A stretch of 64,000 nt of DNA from assembly GCF_018350175.1 (NCBI RefSeq), contig NC_058368.1, positions 169,074,001-169,138,000 of the forward strand, read 5' to 3'. The position numbers and the translations under genes are program-made. This document shows positions 37,925 to 50,560 of this stretch, piece after piece; positions within the stretch are counted from its first letter, which is position 1, and the number at the start of each line of letters is the position of its first letter. Source of the DNA: Felis catus (Eukaryota). The notes beneath the pieces are model-generated. The model made no database searches. It saw nothing but the letters and a program-made list of their open reading frames with translations, and was not told where the DNA came from.

Positions 37925-38815
37925 ATGATGCAACAGAAGAATTCTCTTCAGAAGAAATTCCAGGAATAAATGGCAGCTAAAGAATTGCTCAAAACAGATA
38001 TAAACAATATATCTGATCAAGAATTTAGGATAATAGTCATAAGATGAATAGCTGGGCTTGAAAAAAAGCATAGAAGACAGCAGAGAATCTATTGCTGTGG
38101 GGATCAAGGAGTTAAGAAATAGTCATGATGAATTAAGAAATGTTGTAAATGAGGTGCAAAATCAACTAGATGCATTGACAGCAAGGATGGAGGAAGTAGA
38201 GGAGAGAATAATTGAAATAGAAAATAACATTATGGCAAATGAAGAAGCTGAGAAAAAGAGAGATAAGAAAATACTAGACCACGAGGGGAAAATTAGAGAA
38301 CTCAGTGATTCAATGAAATGTAATAATATCCATGTCATAAGAGTTCCAGAAGAAGAAGAGAGAAAGGGGCAGAAGGTTTACTTGAACAAATTATAGCTGA
38401 GAATTTCCCTAATCTGGGGAAGAAAGCAGACACCCAAATCCAGAAGGCACAGAGAAATCCCTTCAGATCCAACAAGAATAGGTCTTCTACACAGCATATC
38501 ATCGTGAAACTGGCAAAATACAAAGATAAAGAGAGAATTCTGAAAGCAGCTAGGGACATACAGGCTTTAACCTACAAGGTTAGTCACATAAGTATAGTAG
38601 CAGACCTGTCCACTGAACCTCGGCAGGCCAGAAGGGAGTGAGAGGAAGTGTTCAATGTCCTGAATAGGAAAAATATGCAGCCAAGAATCCTTTATACAGC
38701 AAGGATCTCATTCAGAATAGAAAAAGAGATAAAGGTTTTCCCAGACAAACAAAACCTGAAGGAGGTCATGACCACTAAACCAGCCCTGCAAGAGATCCTA
38801 AGGGGAACTCTGTGA
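37925..38815 (+). pseudogene. L1 ORF1p (disrupted)
   Basis: Coiled-coil peptide KSIEDSRESIAVGIKELRNSHDELRN and C-terminal 'TKPALQEILRGTL*'; contains premature stops and frameshifts. Confidence 0.92.
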
Positions 38816-38883
38816 GTGGAATGCTACAAAGACTACAAACGACCAGAGACATCACCACAAGCATGAAATATACAGATAACACA

Positions 38884-41800
38884 GTGACACTAAATCCATA
38901 TCTTTCAATAATAACTCTGAATGTAAATGGACTAAATGCCCCAATCAAAAGACATAGGGTATCAGAATGGATAAAAAACCAAGATCCATATATATGCTGC
39001 ATACAAGAGACTCGTTTTAGACATGAGGACACCCTCAGATTGAAAGTGAGGGGATGGAGAACCATTTTTCATGCTACTGGAAGTCAAAAGAAAGCTGGAA
39101 CAGTCATACTTATATCAGACATACTTATATCAGATTTAAACTGAAGGCTGTAACAAGAGATGAAGAGGGGCATTATATCATCATTACAGGGTCTATCCAT
39201 CAAGAAGAGCTAAGAATTATAAATGTTTATGCCCCCAATCTGAAGAACTCAAATATTTAAATCAATTAATCACAAACATAAACAATCTTATTGATAAGAA
39301 TCCAGTAATGGCAGGAGACTTTAATAGTCTACTTACAACAATGGACAGATCATCTAGGCAGAAAATCAAAAGAGACAATGGCCTTGAATGATACACTGGA
39401 CCAGATGGACTTGACAGATATATTCAGAACTTTTCATTCAAGAGCAGCAGAATACATGTTCTTCTCAAGTGCACATGAAACATTCTCCAAGATAGATCAT
39501 ATATTGGGTCGCAAAACAGCCCTCAATAAATATAAAAGAATAGAGAACATGCCATGTGTATTTTCAGATCACAACACTATGAAACTTGAAATCAACCACA
39601 AGAAAATATTTGGAAAGCTTCCAAATGCATGGAGGTTAAAGAACATCCTACTAAAGAATGAATGGGTCAACCAGGTAATTAAAAAAGAAATTAAAAAATA
39701 TATGGAAGCAAATGAAAATGAAAACATGACAGTCCAAACCCTTTGGAATGCAGCAAAGGCAGTCATAAGATGAAAATACACTGCAATGCAGGCCTATCTC
39801 AAGAAACAAGAAAAACCCCAAATACAAAACCTAATCACACACCTAAGGGAATTAGAAGCAGAACAGCAAAGAAACCCCAAAGCCAGCAGAAGAGAATAAA
39901 TAATAAAGATCAGAGCAGAAATAAACAATACAGAATAAAAAAAAAACCCGTAGAACAGATCAATGAATCTAAGAACTGTTTTTTTGAAAAAATAAACAAA
40001 ACTGATAACCCACTTGCCAGACTTCTCAAAAAGAAAAGAGAGAAGACCCAAATAGATCAAATCATGAATGAAAGAGGAGATATCACAACCAATACCACAC
40101 AAATACAATCATTAGAGAATACTATGAAAAGTTACATTCCAACAAAGTGGACAACCTGGAAGAAATGGACAAATTCCTAGACACCCACACACTACTCAAA
40201 CTCAAATGGGAAGAAATAAAAAATTTGAACAGACCCATAACCAGCAAATAAATTGAATCAGTTATCAAAAATTTCTCAACAAATAAGAGTCCTGGGCCAG
40301 ATGGCTTTCCAGGGGAATTCTACCACATATTTAAAGTAGAGTTAATACCTATCCTTCCCAAGCTGTTCCAAAAAATAGAAATGGAAGGAAAGCTTCTGGA
40401 CTCATTCTATGAAGCCAGCATTACCTTCATTCCAAAACCAGACAGAGACCCCACTAAAAAGGAGAATTATAGGCCAATATCCCTGTTGAACATGGATGTA
40501 ATAATTCTCAACAAGATACTAGCAAATCAAATTCAACAGTATATTAAAAGAATTACTCATCATGATCAAGTTGGATTCATTCTTGGGATGCAGGATTGGT
40601 TCAATAGTGTAAATCAGTCAGTGTGATACATCACATTAATAGAAGAAAGGATAAGAACCATATGATCTTGTCAATAGATGCAGAAAAAGCATTTGACGAA
40701 ATACAGCATCCTTTCTTAATAAAAACCCTCAAGAAAGTCGGTATAGAAGGAACATACCTAAACATCATAAAAGCCATATATGAAAAGCCCATAGCTAATA
40801 TCATCCTCAATGGGGAAAAACTGAGAGCTTTCCTCTTGAGATAAGGAACATGACAGAGATTTTCACTGTCACCACTGCTGTTTAACATAGTTTTGGAAGT
40901 CCTAGCCTCAGCAATTAGACAACAAATGAAATAAAAGGCATCTAAATCAGCAAAGAAGAAGTCAAACTTTCACTTTTCACAGATGACATGACACTCTATA
41001 TGGAAAAAAAAAAGCTGCCAGAACTGATACATGAATTCAGCAAAGTTACAGGATAAAAAATTAATGTACAGAAATTGGTTGGATTTCTATACACCAATAA
41101 TGAAGCAATAGAAGGAGAAATCAAGAAATCAATCCCATTTACAATTACACCAAGAAACATAAAATACCTTGGAATAAACCTAACCAAAGAGGCAAAATAT
41201 CTGTATGCTGAAAACNNNNNNNNNNNNNNNNNNNNNNNNNNNNNNNNNNNNNNNNNNNNNNNNNNNNNNNNNNNNNNNNNNNNNNNNNNNNNNNNNNNNN
41301 NNNNNNNNNNNNNNNNNNNNNNNNNNNNNNNNNNNNNNNNNNNNNNNNNNNNNNNNNNNNTGGTACTCTTCTCAGAGCTAGAACAAACAATCCTAAAATT
41401 TGTATGGAACCAGAAAAGATCCCAAATAGCCAAAGTAATGTTGAAGAAAAGAAAAAAAAAAAAAACAAAGTGGGAGGCATCACAATCCTGGACTATAGCC
41501 TCTTATACAAAGCTGTAATCATTAAGACCATATGGTATTGGCACAAAAACAGACACGAAACTAATGGAATAGAATAGCGAACCCAGAATTGGACCCACAA
41601 ATGTATGGACAACTAATCTTTGACAAAGCAGGAAGGAGTATGCAATGGAAAAAGACGTTCTCATTAGCAAATGGTTCTGGGAGAACTGGACAACAACATG
41701 CAGAAGAATGAAACTGGACCACGTTATTATACCATAGACAAAAATAAACTTAAAATGGATGAAAGACCTAAATGTGAGACAGGAATCCATCAAAATCCTA

Positions 41801-42695
41801 CAGAAGAAAACAGGCAACAACCTCTTTGACCTCAGCCACAGCAACGTCTTACTTGACATGTCTCTGAAAGCAAGGGAAGTAAAAGCAAAAATGAACTACT
41901 AGGACCTCATTAAGATAAAAAGCTTCTGCATTGCAAAGGAAACAATCAACAAAACTAAAAGGCAACTGATGGAATGAGAGAAGATATTTACAAATGGCAT
42001 ACTGGATAAAGGGCTTGTACCCAAAATCTATAAAAAACTTACCAAACCCAACAGCCAAAAACCAAATAATCCAATGAAGAAATGGGCAGAAGACATGAAT
42101 AGACATTTTCCCAAAGAAGACATCCAGACGGCCAACAGACACATGGAAATGCTCAACATCACTCATCATCAGGGAAATACAAATCAAAACGACATTGAGA
42201 TAGCACCTTACACCAGTCAGAGTGGCTAAAATTAACATCTCAGGATACAACAGATGTTGGCGAGGGTATGGAGAGACGGGAACCCTCTTGCACTGTTGGT
42301 GGGAATGCAAACTGGTATAGCCACTCTGAAAAACAGTGTGAAATTTCCTCAAAAAACTAAAAGTAGATTTACCCTACAACCCAGCTATAGCACTGCTAGG
42401 AATTTATACAAAAGATACAGGAGTGTTGATTCATAGGGGCACTTGTACCCCAGTGTTTATAGCAGCACTTTCAACAATAGCCAAATTCTAGAAAGAGCCC
42501 ACATGTCCATCAACTGATGAATGGATAAAGAAGATATGGTTTATATATACAATGCAATACTACTTGGCAGTGAGAAAGAATGAAATCCTGCCATTTGCAA
42601 CATCGTGGATGGAATTGGAGGGTATTATGCTAAGCGAAATAAGTCAATCAGAGAAAGATAGATATCATATATTTTCACTCATATGTGAAATTTGA
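38884..42695 (+). pseudogene. L1 ORF2p endonuclease/reverse transcriptase (disrupted)
   Basis: EN motifs ITLNVNGLNAPIKR, CCIQET and SDHN; RT motifs [10 protein letters not shown] and SIDAEKAFD; FADD degenerated to FTDD at 40976; start is GTG; many stops and frameshifts. Confidence 0.95.
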
Positions 42696-43412
42696 GAAAC
42701 TTAACAGAAGACCATGTGGAAGGGAAGGGGCAAAATAGTTTCAAACAGAGAGGGAGGCAAACCATAAGAGACTCTTAAATACAGAGAACAAATTGAGTGT
42801 TGATGGGAGGGGTGGGAGAGAGGTGAAAATGGGTGATGGGCATTGAGGAAGGCACTTGTTGGGATAAGCACTGGGTATTGTATGTAAGCAATGAATCATG
42901 GGAATCTACTCTTGAAGCCAGGAGCACACTGTATACACTGTATATTAGCTAACTTGACAATAAATTATATTTAAAAAAGAAGAACATTTCTGCTAATCAT
43001 AATGCTTGTGATATTATAATTTTGGTAGTTTGATCAAATATGGATATCAAATCTAAAAATCAAACACAGAACTATTATCTATACTAGGAAATAAAATTCA
43101 TATGATCATGAATTAGGGTTCCCTTAATATTTCTTTTGCCAGTGTCAATCATTTGTTAAACTGAGGTAATATATAAACATTTAAAAAAAAAAACTTTAGC
43201 TTTCTAAATAGATATTTAATTTTACAATTTCAGGTGAAAATAAAGAACCAACACCAGCCAACACTTTCAAGAAATAAGGTGTATTTTTTTAAATTAGGCT
43301 GCTCTAAAGTGGAAATGATATGAATTTAGCCAGCTATCATTCCCTGAGATATGTTCATTTTCTCTTCCTTGCACATTTATAAAAAAACAAAATATAAAGC
43401 ATAGTCATGGTT

Positions 43413-43460
43413 AAGAGTTTAGATGATCCAAAAAAAAAAAAAAAAGAGTTTAGATGATCC
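43413..43460 (+). mobile_element. Poly(A)-only retrotransposition product with 17-bp target-site duplication
   Basis: aagagtttagatgatcc + A14 + aagagtttagatgatcc, preceded by TT (TT|AAGA, L1 endonuclease-type site). Confidence 0.85.
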
Positions 43461-44440
43461 TTAAAACCCTTGAAACTTTGGACAGTATAAAAGGGTGAGA
43501 ATTTGAAGCACTTTTTTTTCGGAGGCTGGATGTGAAGAAAGCTTTTTATGAGTGTGACATTCAGAACAGTACTGCACAGGTAAGAGCTTTCCTTACCTAT
43601 AGTGGGAGATGTGTATAAGATCTCTTTGAAGGAGGAGGGAAGCCTTCTACTTGGAGCTGGCCCTAGCTTGGTGTGTGGAGATGCCTCAAACTTAAACCAA
43701 GTTCATAGTTTTGATTATTACAGTGGATTGGGCTTGTAACTTCTGAATAAAGGCTATGCTGAAATTTAGAATAGCTGGAGGATTTTTATGACATCAGAGT
43801 GACCAGGAAACCCATATGATACCCTGCTTTTCCTCCAGGGAAGGAATTGGCCCTACCAAATAAACTTAAATGAAAACAAAATTAAGATGATTAAAAAAAA
43901 GAGAGAGACACTTGTATGAGACAAGTCTGTTCTATGTATCCTTTAACATGAGTTGCAACATTTCCATAAAGTTTAGCACTCATGCACAGTTTGGACATCG
44001 GATGCCTTCCTCTCCAGAGCACATAGCCCTGTTTTGTTTTTTTTTTTTTTTTTTTTTTTTTTTTGAGCATTCTTTTGCAGTCTTAGGGGCTTGGAGCTAC
44101 AAATTCAAATACCTGTCTCTTTCTTTGAAGTTAGTTCATCATCTTGTGAATTACTCTATTGACTGTCAATACGAAAGAGAAAAATGCAAGCTAACAGCTT
44201 ATTCTTGTTTGTCCCTCTAACAGTGACAAATCATTAACCTTCACAAATTCTTCAGCTGCGATACTTCTCAACCATTGTTACATTTTAAACCACTTAATCT
44301 CAAATATTATTTTTGAGCTCCAACTATGAAGTCAGTACTTGTCTACTCTGCAGGAACGAGCACCATGGCAGGTCTTAAGCATGTATTGTCTTTAATGTTT
44401 CATGAGGAGGTAAGAGAATGGGGGACTCTTTTTTTTTATC

Positions 44441-44451
<11 letters not shown>

Positions 44452-44482
<31 letters not shown>
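44452..44482. repeat. (CA)n microsatellite
   Basis: Directly visible in the sequence. Confidence 0.97.
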
Positions 44483-44483
<1 letters not shown>

Positions 44484-46217
44484 TTAGAGGGAGATGTTTA
44501 TGGATTTATACCCAAACAGAAGACTATAAAAGAAGATTGCCACTCCCCAAAGCTGTAAACCTACAAAAAGTTTACTTGTAGAGATAACCTCCGATGTTTG
44601 GTCTCATCTCCCTCAAAATCTGTTCTTTTGCATTCTTCCTTTCCTCTTTCCCTCTCTCTGTTCTTCCTCTCTTTCTAAAGCAAGAAAGCCTCTGTTATGA
44701 TGCAAGAAGTCATGTTTTTTCCTCCTCTGTGGCAAGAACACTTTTGTTCATCTTCTGTGACAATGCACATCTTTCACTAATGGAAGTTTCACAGTCACTC
44801 GCTGAGAAGGATGCACTTTCCCTTTCTAACCCATAAAGGGAGATCATTGTCACATGTGTAAATAGTGAGCCAGGCAGAGCTAGTGCTAGACCAGTGATCT
44901 GAGATCTTCATTGTTCATCATTTTAAATATCTTGGCTCTCTTGCCTTCGTGAAAGACAAAAAGAAAAAAAGATAAAGCAAAACCAACCCCAAATCCCACA
45001 GAAAGCAAAATAGGTTTCCATCAACTCAAGCAGCAAAAGAAAGCAATTGTATAGGGTTATGTATTTGGAAAAGCCTCTTTGCATTTCAATAGTGTGCCAC
45101 CTGCAAATATAACCAGCAAGATTGAATTTAGGTTAAACGGATAAGATGCAGCATCTAATTCAAGGGTTACAATATGTGAAAAACATGTATTCATTAGCAG
45201 ATTACAGTTGCATTCTCTGTTTGTTCCAGGGAGATAGCATGAAGGTGCGGATAAGAAATGCGGTGCCCAGGGCCATCTACGTGTTTACACCCCATCATCC
45301 TTTCAGAATTCTACTAAATTCTCCCAAATTGCCTTCTATCTGAGAAAATTGTATTGCTGTTTACATGGGCTCCTTTCTCCTCTTGACATTCCTCTGTTGG
45401 CAATCACTGTCACAGAATATTACACTTTCCTCCCTTGATTCAAGTTCTGGTCAGAGGCAGGATGGAAACAAGTGACACATTCATTCAAGACAGAAATTTC
45501 TGACTGATTTTTCTGGCTGACGGTGACCTGAGAATACTTGTGGCCCTAAAAAGCCACCCTACTCTTGATCAGAAGTGTCAATGATCATTTCCATTCACTT
45601 TTTAGTTTCCCCAGGTTTTTGTTTGGTTTTGTTCTGTTCTGTTTTGTTTTTGATCTGTGACATGACTGACTATGAGTAGGTGGAAATCACTGCAAAGAAA
45701 CCAAAACAAGCTGATCCTTATTTTTTCCATAGCCAACCTGGAATCACCTTGAAAGAACCTCCTCTAATGTCATCTGGTCAGAGATGAGCATGCTACCGGG
45801 AAGACATAGGGCTCGGGGGTAAAGTGACTGGCAATTCTGTGGACAATGCTGGACCTACAACCCAGGTTAGCAGAGCTTTCTGGGCCTTCTCCCTCCCTGG
45901 GTTTCCTGTTTGTCCATCAGAGGATTCATGGACACATCATGCATCATGGCCTCAGGGATCTCATGAGCTGTTGAACCACTTATTGGATCTCTGGTGAAGC
46001 AGAAAATATCTGGAAATGTTAGACGGGAATGTCTTTGAGGGTCTCAGTCAGTGCTCCAAAACCACTCTGGAAAGAGAGCCTTCCTCTATCTTCTTCCCTC
46101 CAAGATTGCCAGAGGAGGAAGGGATTAGGTCAGTAACTTGCTCACAGGCTCAGACCTGCCACTGTCTGGCTTTCTACCCCACACACCCATCCTCATTTTT
46201 ATTTTAATGCAAGCATA

Positions 46218-46259
46218 TTTATTTTTTTGAGAGAGAGCACAATTGGGGGGGGGGGCAGA

Positions 46260-46307
<48 letters not shown>

Positions 46308-46431
46308 CAAGTGGGCTCCATGCTGTCATCACAGAGCCCAACGTAGGGCTTAGTCTTATGAACTGCGAAATTATGACCTGAGCCGAGATCAAGAGTTGGT
46401 TACTTAACTGACTGAGCCACCAAGGCACCCC
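46218..46431 (-). mobile_element. Can-SINE with expanded (GA)n
   Basis: Reverse-complement SINE ending 'actgactgagccaccaaggcacccc'. Confidence 0.93.
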
Positions 46432-47270
46432 TGTATCTGACTTCTTTTTCTGAACAGAATGCTCTTAAGATTTATCCGTGCTGTTGCACACAGCAGTATT
46501 CCATTCCTCCTCATTGCTTAATGTAGGTGTTCCATTGCATGGATGCTCCACATGTGTTTGTCCACTTACAATTGATGAACATTTTGGTTATTTCCAGTCT
46601 GGGGGAGATTATGACTATAGCTGCTAATACAGATATTTTTGTGGAAATGAATTTTTAGTTATTTTTAGGGTAATACTTAGGAGTGGAGTTGCTGGGTCAT
46701 ATAGGCAGTATGTATTAAATTTATAAGAACTTTCTAATTAATTAGCTTCTGAAGTGGCTGCACCATTTTGCATTCCCACCAACAACCTAAGAGAGCTCTG
46801 GTTTCTTCACATCCTTGCCAGCACATGGTATTGTCTATTTAAAAAATTCTGGGGGCGTGTGTGTAGCTTAGTTGGTTGAGCGTCGGACTTCAGCTCAGGT
46901 CATGATCTCTCGAGTCTGTGGGTCTGAGCCCTGCATTGGACTCTGTGCTGACAGCTCGGAGTCTAGAGCCTGCTTCGGGTTCTGTGTCTCCCTCTCTCTC
47001 TGCCCCTCCCCAGCTCGCTCTCTCTCTCTCTCTCTCTCTCTCCCTCTCAAAATAAATAAATATTAAAAAAAATTCTGGCCATATGAGTGAGTATATAATG
47101 GTATCTCATTATTGATTTAAATTTACATTTCTTTCTTGATAATGATGTGGGACATTTTTCATGTGCTTGTGGTCCCACCTTCTTCTTTTGTGAAGTATCT
47201 ATTCAAATCTTTTGCACCTCATTCAATGAGTTATCAATTTTCTTGTTGAGCTGTCATAGTTTTATTTTGA
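46432..47270 (-). mobile_element. Old L1 (L1M-type) ORF2 3' fragment
   Basis: 'gagtggagttgctgggtcatatagg...caccattttgcattcccaccaaca...atccttgccagcac...gaagtatctattcaaatcttttgc'. Confidence 0.85.
46851..47072 (+). mobile_element. Can-SINE inside L1
   Basis: Full SINE; target-site duplication 'aaaaaattctgg'. Confidence 0.94.
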
Positions 47271-48371
47271 TTCACTCTGCTCGGCCCTCAAATGGGGGCT
47301 ATAGGACCACAGCAAACAAGAGGCTGAGTGTGAGACTGTGCGTTTTTGTTTCATGATGCTTCTGACACTTTCTGGCCTTTAGGGCTCTGGTCTTGGAGGC
47401 TGGGATTCCTCCTTGAGCCTCACTCCTCAGAGTGCAGGCTCTGGTTCCTGCCGCCAGGTCTCCCTGGTGAACCTCCTCTGCCCACTGGATCTCAGCACTC
47501 GCAGCCATGGGGGCCTGGGCAGCAGTTAGGAGGTCCTTACCCTTCTACCAGATGTGAGCTAGTGAGTTTCTTTGAGAGTTTTACTTTTATTTCTGAATGT
47601 GTATCTTGGCTACCCATCCTTATGTCTCATCCTGTCCTGATGATCCCAGTACAGCCCCACAGGTCAACAAGCCCAATGTATGTGTCAGTACAACACTGAA
47701 AGCTGTCTAGAGGCTGAGAATCCACTGTGTCATTCGTTTCATTGTATGTCTTTGTCAGTATTTAATTCTCTAAAAGAGTTAACACGTTTCTTATGTCTGT
47801 CTGCAGTACTCACCCCCCAGTGATGCCTCTCCCTCATCCAAATCCCACTGTCCTTTTGGGACCAATTAATATCTCATTTTCTCTATAAAGTCCCCCCTGA
47901 CCTCCCTCCATCCTCCAGTCCATACCAAAAGTCACTTGTTTGCTCTCTCATGCTCTCACTTTCCTCTGTAATCTTGGGAAAGCACTAATTATTTCTTAAC
48001 ATTCAACACTTTGTCCAATAGTTAGAGGGCTTGTGTTGTCTTTTACCTCTTGAGGAGTTCTGTGAGTTGTTTTTTTTTTAATGTTTGTCCCACCTGTTTC
48101 ATAGCCAACTCCCTAAGAGAAAGAAGATGTTGTCTTATTCATTATCCTAACCTCCACACAGTGCCTTGCACGTGGTCAGTGCTCAGTAATTGTATGTGTA
48201 CATTTCTTCTGTCTAATCATATTTTATCTGTTTAAAGATTCTCTTCTTCCTCTTTGTGTTGTGTCATGGAGAGTCACCAGCAGCTGTGGGGGGGGGGAGG
48301 GAGGGGTATGTGAAGGAGGAGGAGCACCATCTCCTTAGATTGTTCCAGTTGAGACAGTTTTTCCAGGGGCA

Positions 48372-48726
48372 ACTAGGCTCTGAGTGTTTAGCTCCCCCAA
48401 ATTCATGTTGAAATCCTAATTCCCAGTGTGATGGCAGGAGATGGAACCGAAAGGTGCTTAGGTTATGAGGGTGGAGCCCTCATGAATAAGATTAGTGCCC
48501 TTATAAAAGAGACCCCACAGAACTCTTTAGATCCTTCTGCCTTGTGAGAACACAGTGAGAAGTTGGCAGCATGCAACCTGGAAAAGGGCCTTCACCAGAA
48601 CTCCACTGTGCCAGCTCCATGATCTTGGACTTCCAGCCTCCTGGACTGGGAGTAACAAGTATTTGTTGTTTATAAGCCACCCAGTTTATGTTAATTTTGT
48701 TATAGCAGTTTGAATGGACTAAGACA
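48372..48726 (+). mobile_element. MaLR solo LTR (MLT1A-like)
   Basis: 'ccccaaattcatgttgaaatcctaattcccagtgtgatgg...gttgtttataagccacccagt...gaatggactaagaca'. Confidence 0.9.
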
Positions 48727-48729
48727 AGG

Positions 48730-49148
48730 TCTCTTCTCCCCACTGAGGGACCCAGTTCCCATTCATTTGGTGACGCATGATGCAGATGTAGTCTTTGTCC
48801 ATACCAAGCCCCCATGCCCTCCATCACCTCTGCACACCAAAGGCTGCCTGACTTCCAATTCCTTCCACTCTGTCCGAACACTTTCTTTTCCTTGCTGCAG
48901 AAGCCTGTGCACGAGGAAGCCAGAGTGTTACCCAGCTAATGCTTGAGGAAACAGCCTTCAACCAATGACAGAAGGGGAGTTGATGGACCAGTGTCCTAGC
49001 TTCCTTGCCACTTCATCCCAAGGCAGAGTGACAGGCGTGTTCTACACTGTCTCCGGAGACTACGCACACTTAAAACTCACTACTCCTCACACTACTCACA
49101 CTTAAAACCTTGTCTCAGGGTCAGCTTCTGCAATAACCTAATCAGGAA
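48730..49148 (+). mobile_element. ERVL solo LTR (LTR16-like)
   Basis: 'cagccttcaaccaatgacagaaggggagttgatgga' and 3' end 'ccttgtctcagggtcagcttctg'. Confidence 0.7.
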
Positions 49149-50119
49149 AATTTGTTTTACATTCTTTTGGACATCTTCTCCCATATGTCAAAAACAGAAG
49201 CCAAATCCTTTTCAAAGCAAGCTCTGGTTGATGCCAACAGAGGCAGAAAGACTGATTCTAGCAGCCTGGTACCAGGCTTTTCTGAGTGGTCCACAAAGCA
49301 CACTCTGGGGTGCCTCCACACAATGTGCTTCCAGTAGATTCTAGGTCTGGTCATTTCTAAAATTCAGAGCTGACTATAGTAGCACCAAAGAAAATTCACT
49401 GGGTCTGGCATGATGTGCTTCATACAAAATCATGCAGCTTCAGATTCTCTGACACAAGTGGCTGGGGATAGACCATATTTTCATAAAATTATCAACAACC
49501 TTCATGTCAGTACAAACCAAAACAACTGTTTACATTTGCCAGGTTTCCTAAACTAAATAGGTAGGAACATTTTATCTGACAGATGGGCAGAATGCGTTAA
49601 GAAAATTAGAAAACATTCTTTCATTAAGTAAGGGTCAGTCCAGTATCAGAACAAACCTATTCTGAAGTATCCACTTATGAGCGCAGTCCACTTTTAATAC
49701 AATAAAATTTCCTTCTTCACTGGTGTAGGTCATGTTTGAATCCATAAAGCAGCATGACCCAAATTTGACATTATTTGTAGGTATGAAAACATGGTGTTCT
49801 GAAAAGAATTATAAATGCTTCACTGAACATTAGTAGGAAAGTCTTCTCTTGAAAAATGGAAATCAAATGTCCGGTGCAATATGTATCACTCTTAGAAATA
49901 AGACAAATTCTATACAAGGGACAGAATCTTACCTGAAAGAAGCTTGTGTATATTCAATCCAGCCATTGTTGTCATCACTAACAATAGCTGAAGCAAGTTC
50001 TTAACAGAAGGGATTGGGAATGCTGGATCCACAGGGCAATGAGAACCATAAATGACACACTGTATTGTTACATCAACTGTTGTACTCACTGTCTAGCAGG
50101 GTTGCATATTTAGATCTAC

Positions 50120-50560
50120 AGCAGTGTCAGTAATTATTGAGAACACTGGCCCACTGTGACTAGGGAGTTGCATCTCTTCTGGTCTGATCTTCTTGGTTCT
50201 TGGAGTCTCTTTAAATGTTGTCAAGTTCTCCTAGTGTTCATCTATGTGTTGCTAATGCTCTCACTACCTTCTTCTTGATCAAATTTTTTTCTCACTTGCA
50301 GAAAATTCTCAGCTTATGCATATTCAGTTGTTCAATGTTCACTTTAGTACAGAATCTTTACTGACTCTACTTTCCAAGTGTTGGCCCAACAACTTGTTGG
50401 CCACTGGTTACTCCCAATGCCATATCTCTACTGAACTGGGAAGAATACTGGCTCTGTGTCTGTGTGTCTCCATGCAGCTGCCAGTGCTGCCATCATGGGA
50501 GGGTTTATTATGCATGCTTGCTTTTAGGTGGGGGCTAAGGAGCATGCAAGGCTCATAAGA
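50120..50560 (-). mobile_element. Ancient RTE-clade LINE fragment (L4-like), end of endonuclease and linker
   Basis: Minus-strand degenerate peptides GIGSNQ (~DxGSDH), KVNIEQLN, ENLTTFKET and QWAS (~PWIS) in the RTE order. Confidence 0.5.

Larger units (their letters stand above)
2955..41360. other. Seven short N-gaps (2955-3083, 10066-10217, 10421-10591, 10598-10754, 18930-19061, 35120-35289, 41216-41360)
   Basis: Directly visible; six of the seven lie in or abut recognisable repeats. Confidence 0.97.
36210..42980 (+). mobile_element. Full-length, inactivated feliform L1
   Basis: 5' start 'gagaagtcaacatggtggagaagtagggg', ~1.7-kb 5' UTR, ORF1, ORF2, 3' UTR with aataaa and A-tail; degenerate target-site duplication 'aagaacagatct/aagaacatttct'. 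Confidence 0.97.

Noticed and set aside
41849-42352. 167-aa minus-strand ORF
   Set aside because: It is the antisense frame of L1 ORF2, a common artefact.
44030-44080. Long poly(T) followed by 'tttgcag' (possible splice acceptor or antisense poly(A) insertion)
   Set aside because: No target-site duplication and no convincing downstream exon or donor site.
49340-50320. Possible minus-strand processed pseudogene of a host gene
   Set aside because: There is no poly(A) or target-site duplication and no host protein is recognisable. Plus-strand hAT motifs and a minus-strand RTE fragment explain it better.
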